Shown here: positions 63,181 through 64,000 of the stretch, in pieces
Layout of the letters: each line of letters begins with the position of its first letter
Position numbering within the stretch: position 1 is the first letter of the stretch
Assembly: GCF_026210795.1 (NCBI RefSeq)
Contig: NC_089434.1
Location: 3,968,001 to 4,032,000 of the forward strand
Source: Rhizophagus irregularis
Taxonomy: Eukaryota
DNA length: 64,000 nt
Direction of reading: 5' to 3'
Made by a program: the position numbers and the translations under genes
Notes under the pieces: model-generated
What the model saw: the letters and a program-made list of their open reading frames with translations, nothing else
What the model was told of the DNA's origin: nothing
Database searches by the model: none

Positions 63181-63972
63181 ATGTTTATTTACCCAAGTTT
63201 CATGTACGAGCCAAGAACTCCGCCATCATTTTACCCTCATACAAGGAATTATCCATGTTCTTATCATCATAATAATTATAGTAATCAACCTGAACCTTTT
63301 TATTATTCTACTCCGCGAAATTACTTTCCATTTGATGAAGATCAAAGAGAACAATTATTAAGGGAACAATTTTTACGCAAACAACAAGAACATGAAAGAG
63401 AACAAGAATTAGAACGATTGAAAAGTTTTTATGATCATAAAGCAAGGCAACAGAAACAACCGGAAGTATCAACGTATAACACCAATTATCAACCAAAAAA
63501 ATCGTTTAAAGTAAAAATTCAGAGTGATGAGGACGAAGCAAAAGCCAAAATCAATAAATCTCAAGCGGCTCATAAAATATATAATTTTATTAAGAATCAA
63601 TCGGCAAATAAACAAACTCGTAAAATATTAAATAAATTACATATACTTCATAGAATTGAGAATGAATTAAAGAAAATTCAAAAAACGAAGCATTTAGGAA
63701 ATTTAACATTTGATACTAAAGAAAATGGGAAACAAATTTTACCAATTTCAATCGACAATAAAAAATTCCTAGAATATGAAGATAAAATTGTTAAATCATT
63801 TGATAAATTGGATGAAATACAAAGCGAGGGTGTTGATATTATTCGTGATAGAAGGAAATTCCTTGTAAATTTTGCTCAAACGTTACTAAATGAATTGGAC
63901 ATTGAAAAAGAAAATCAATGGAAAGTATTTTCCATGCCCCTTGAAAATGAGGGAAATAAAAATAATGTTTAA
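63181..63972 (+). CDS. BAG-domain co-chaperone with IQ-like motif (263 aa)
   Basis: C-terminal FLEYEDKIVKSFDKLDEIQSEGVDIIRDRRKFLVNFAQTLLNELD fits the BAG domain (E...LD.I.......R..RK..V). AAHKIYNFIK resembles a degenerate IQ motif. Tyr/Pro-rich N-terminus and Q/E/R coiled coil. Confidence 0.85.
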   Translation: MFIYPSFMYEPRTPPSFYPHTRNYPCSYHHNNYSNQPEPFYYSTPRNYFPFDEDQREQLLREQFLRKQQEHEREQELERLKSFYDHKARQQKQPEVSTYNTNYQPKKSFKVKIQSDEDEAKAKINKSQAAHKIYNFIKNQSANKQTRKILNKLHILHRIENELKKIQKTKHLGNLTFDTKENGKQILPISIDNKKFLEYEDKIVKSFDKLDEIQSEGVDIIRDRRKFLVNFAQTLLNELDIEKENQWKVFSMPLENEGNKNNV

Positions 63973-64000
63973 CAAAAAAATTAGAATCAGAAAAAATAGA

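Noticed and set aside
1..64000. tRNA, rRNA or telomeric repeats
   Set aside because: None recognised by eye; a tRNAscan-SE or Infernal run would be needed to exclude them formally.

Overview
This is AT-rich, intron-containing eukaryotic DNA. The gene content (F-box/LRR-type genes, tyrosine-kinase-like kinases, a kinase-Sel1 fusion, an HMG-box relic and an Argonaute fragment) points to an arbuscular mycorrhizal fungus (Glomeromycotina, Rhizophagus-like); this is an inference. Apparently intact genes are an F-box protein (8222-9679), a 6-exon Cys-rich kinase (14073-16534), a 2-exon secreted Cys-rich protein (17299-18125, minus), a 5-exon kinase-Sel1 protein of about 1899 aa (24479-30507), a small hydrophobic/RG-tailed ORF (38840-39097) and a BAG-domain co-chaperone with heat-shock elements (63181-63972). 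The rest is pseudogenes, LINE/RNase H and Helitron relics, and many non-autonomous DNA transposons with readable terminal inverted repeats (TIRs) and target-site duplications (TSDs), some nested. The most unusual items are: (1) an Argonaute MID-PIWI fragment lying as one exon inside a non-coding micro-exon chain built from tandem exon+intron units (about 1290-3830); (2) a complete-looking 1.1-kb retroposed element with a 17-bp TSD and a 244-aa ORF but no reverse transcriptase (45987-47093); (3) a nested 3.6-kb hAT-like element ending about 145 bp upstream of the kinase-Sel1 gene; (4) a shuffled, position-variable Sel1 array; (5) a long G-U/UUCG hairpin at about 51190-51340. All coordinates and splice models were read by eye.
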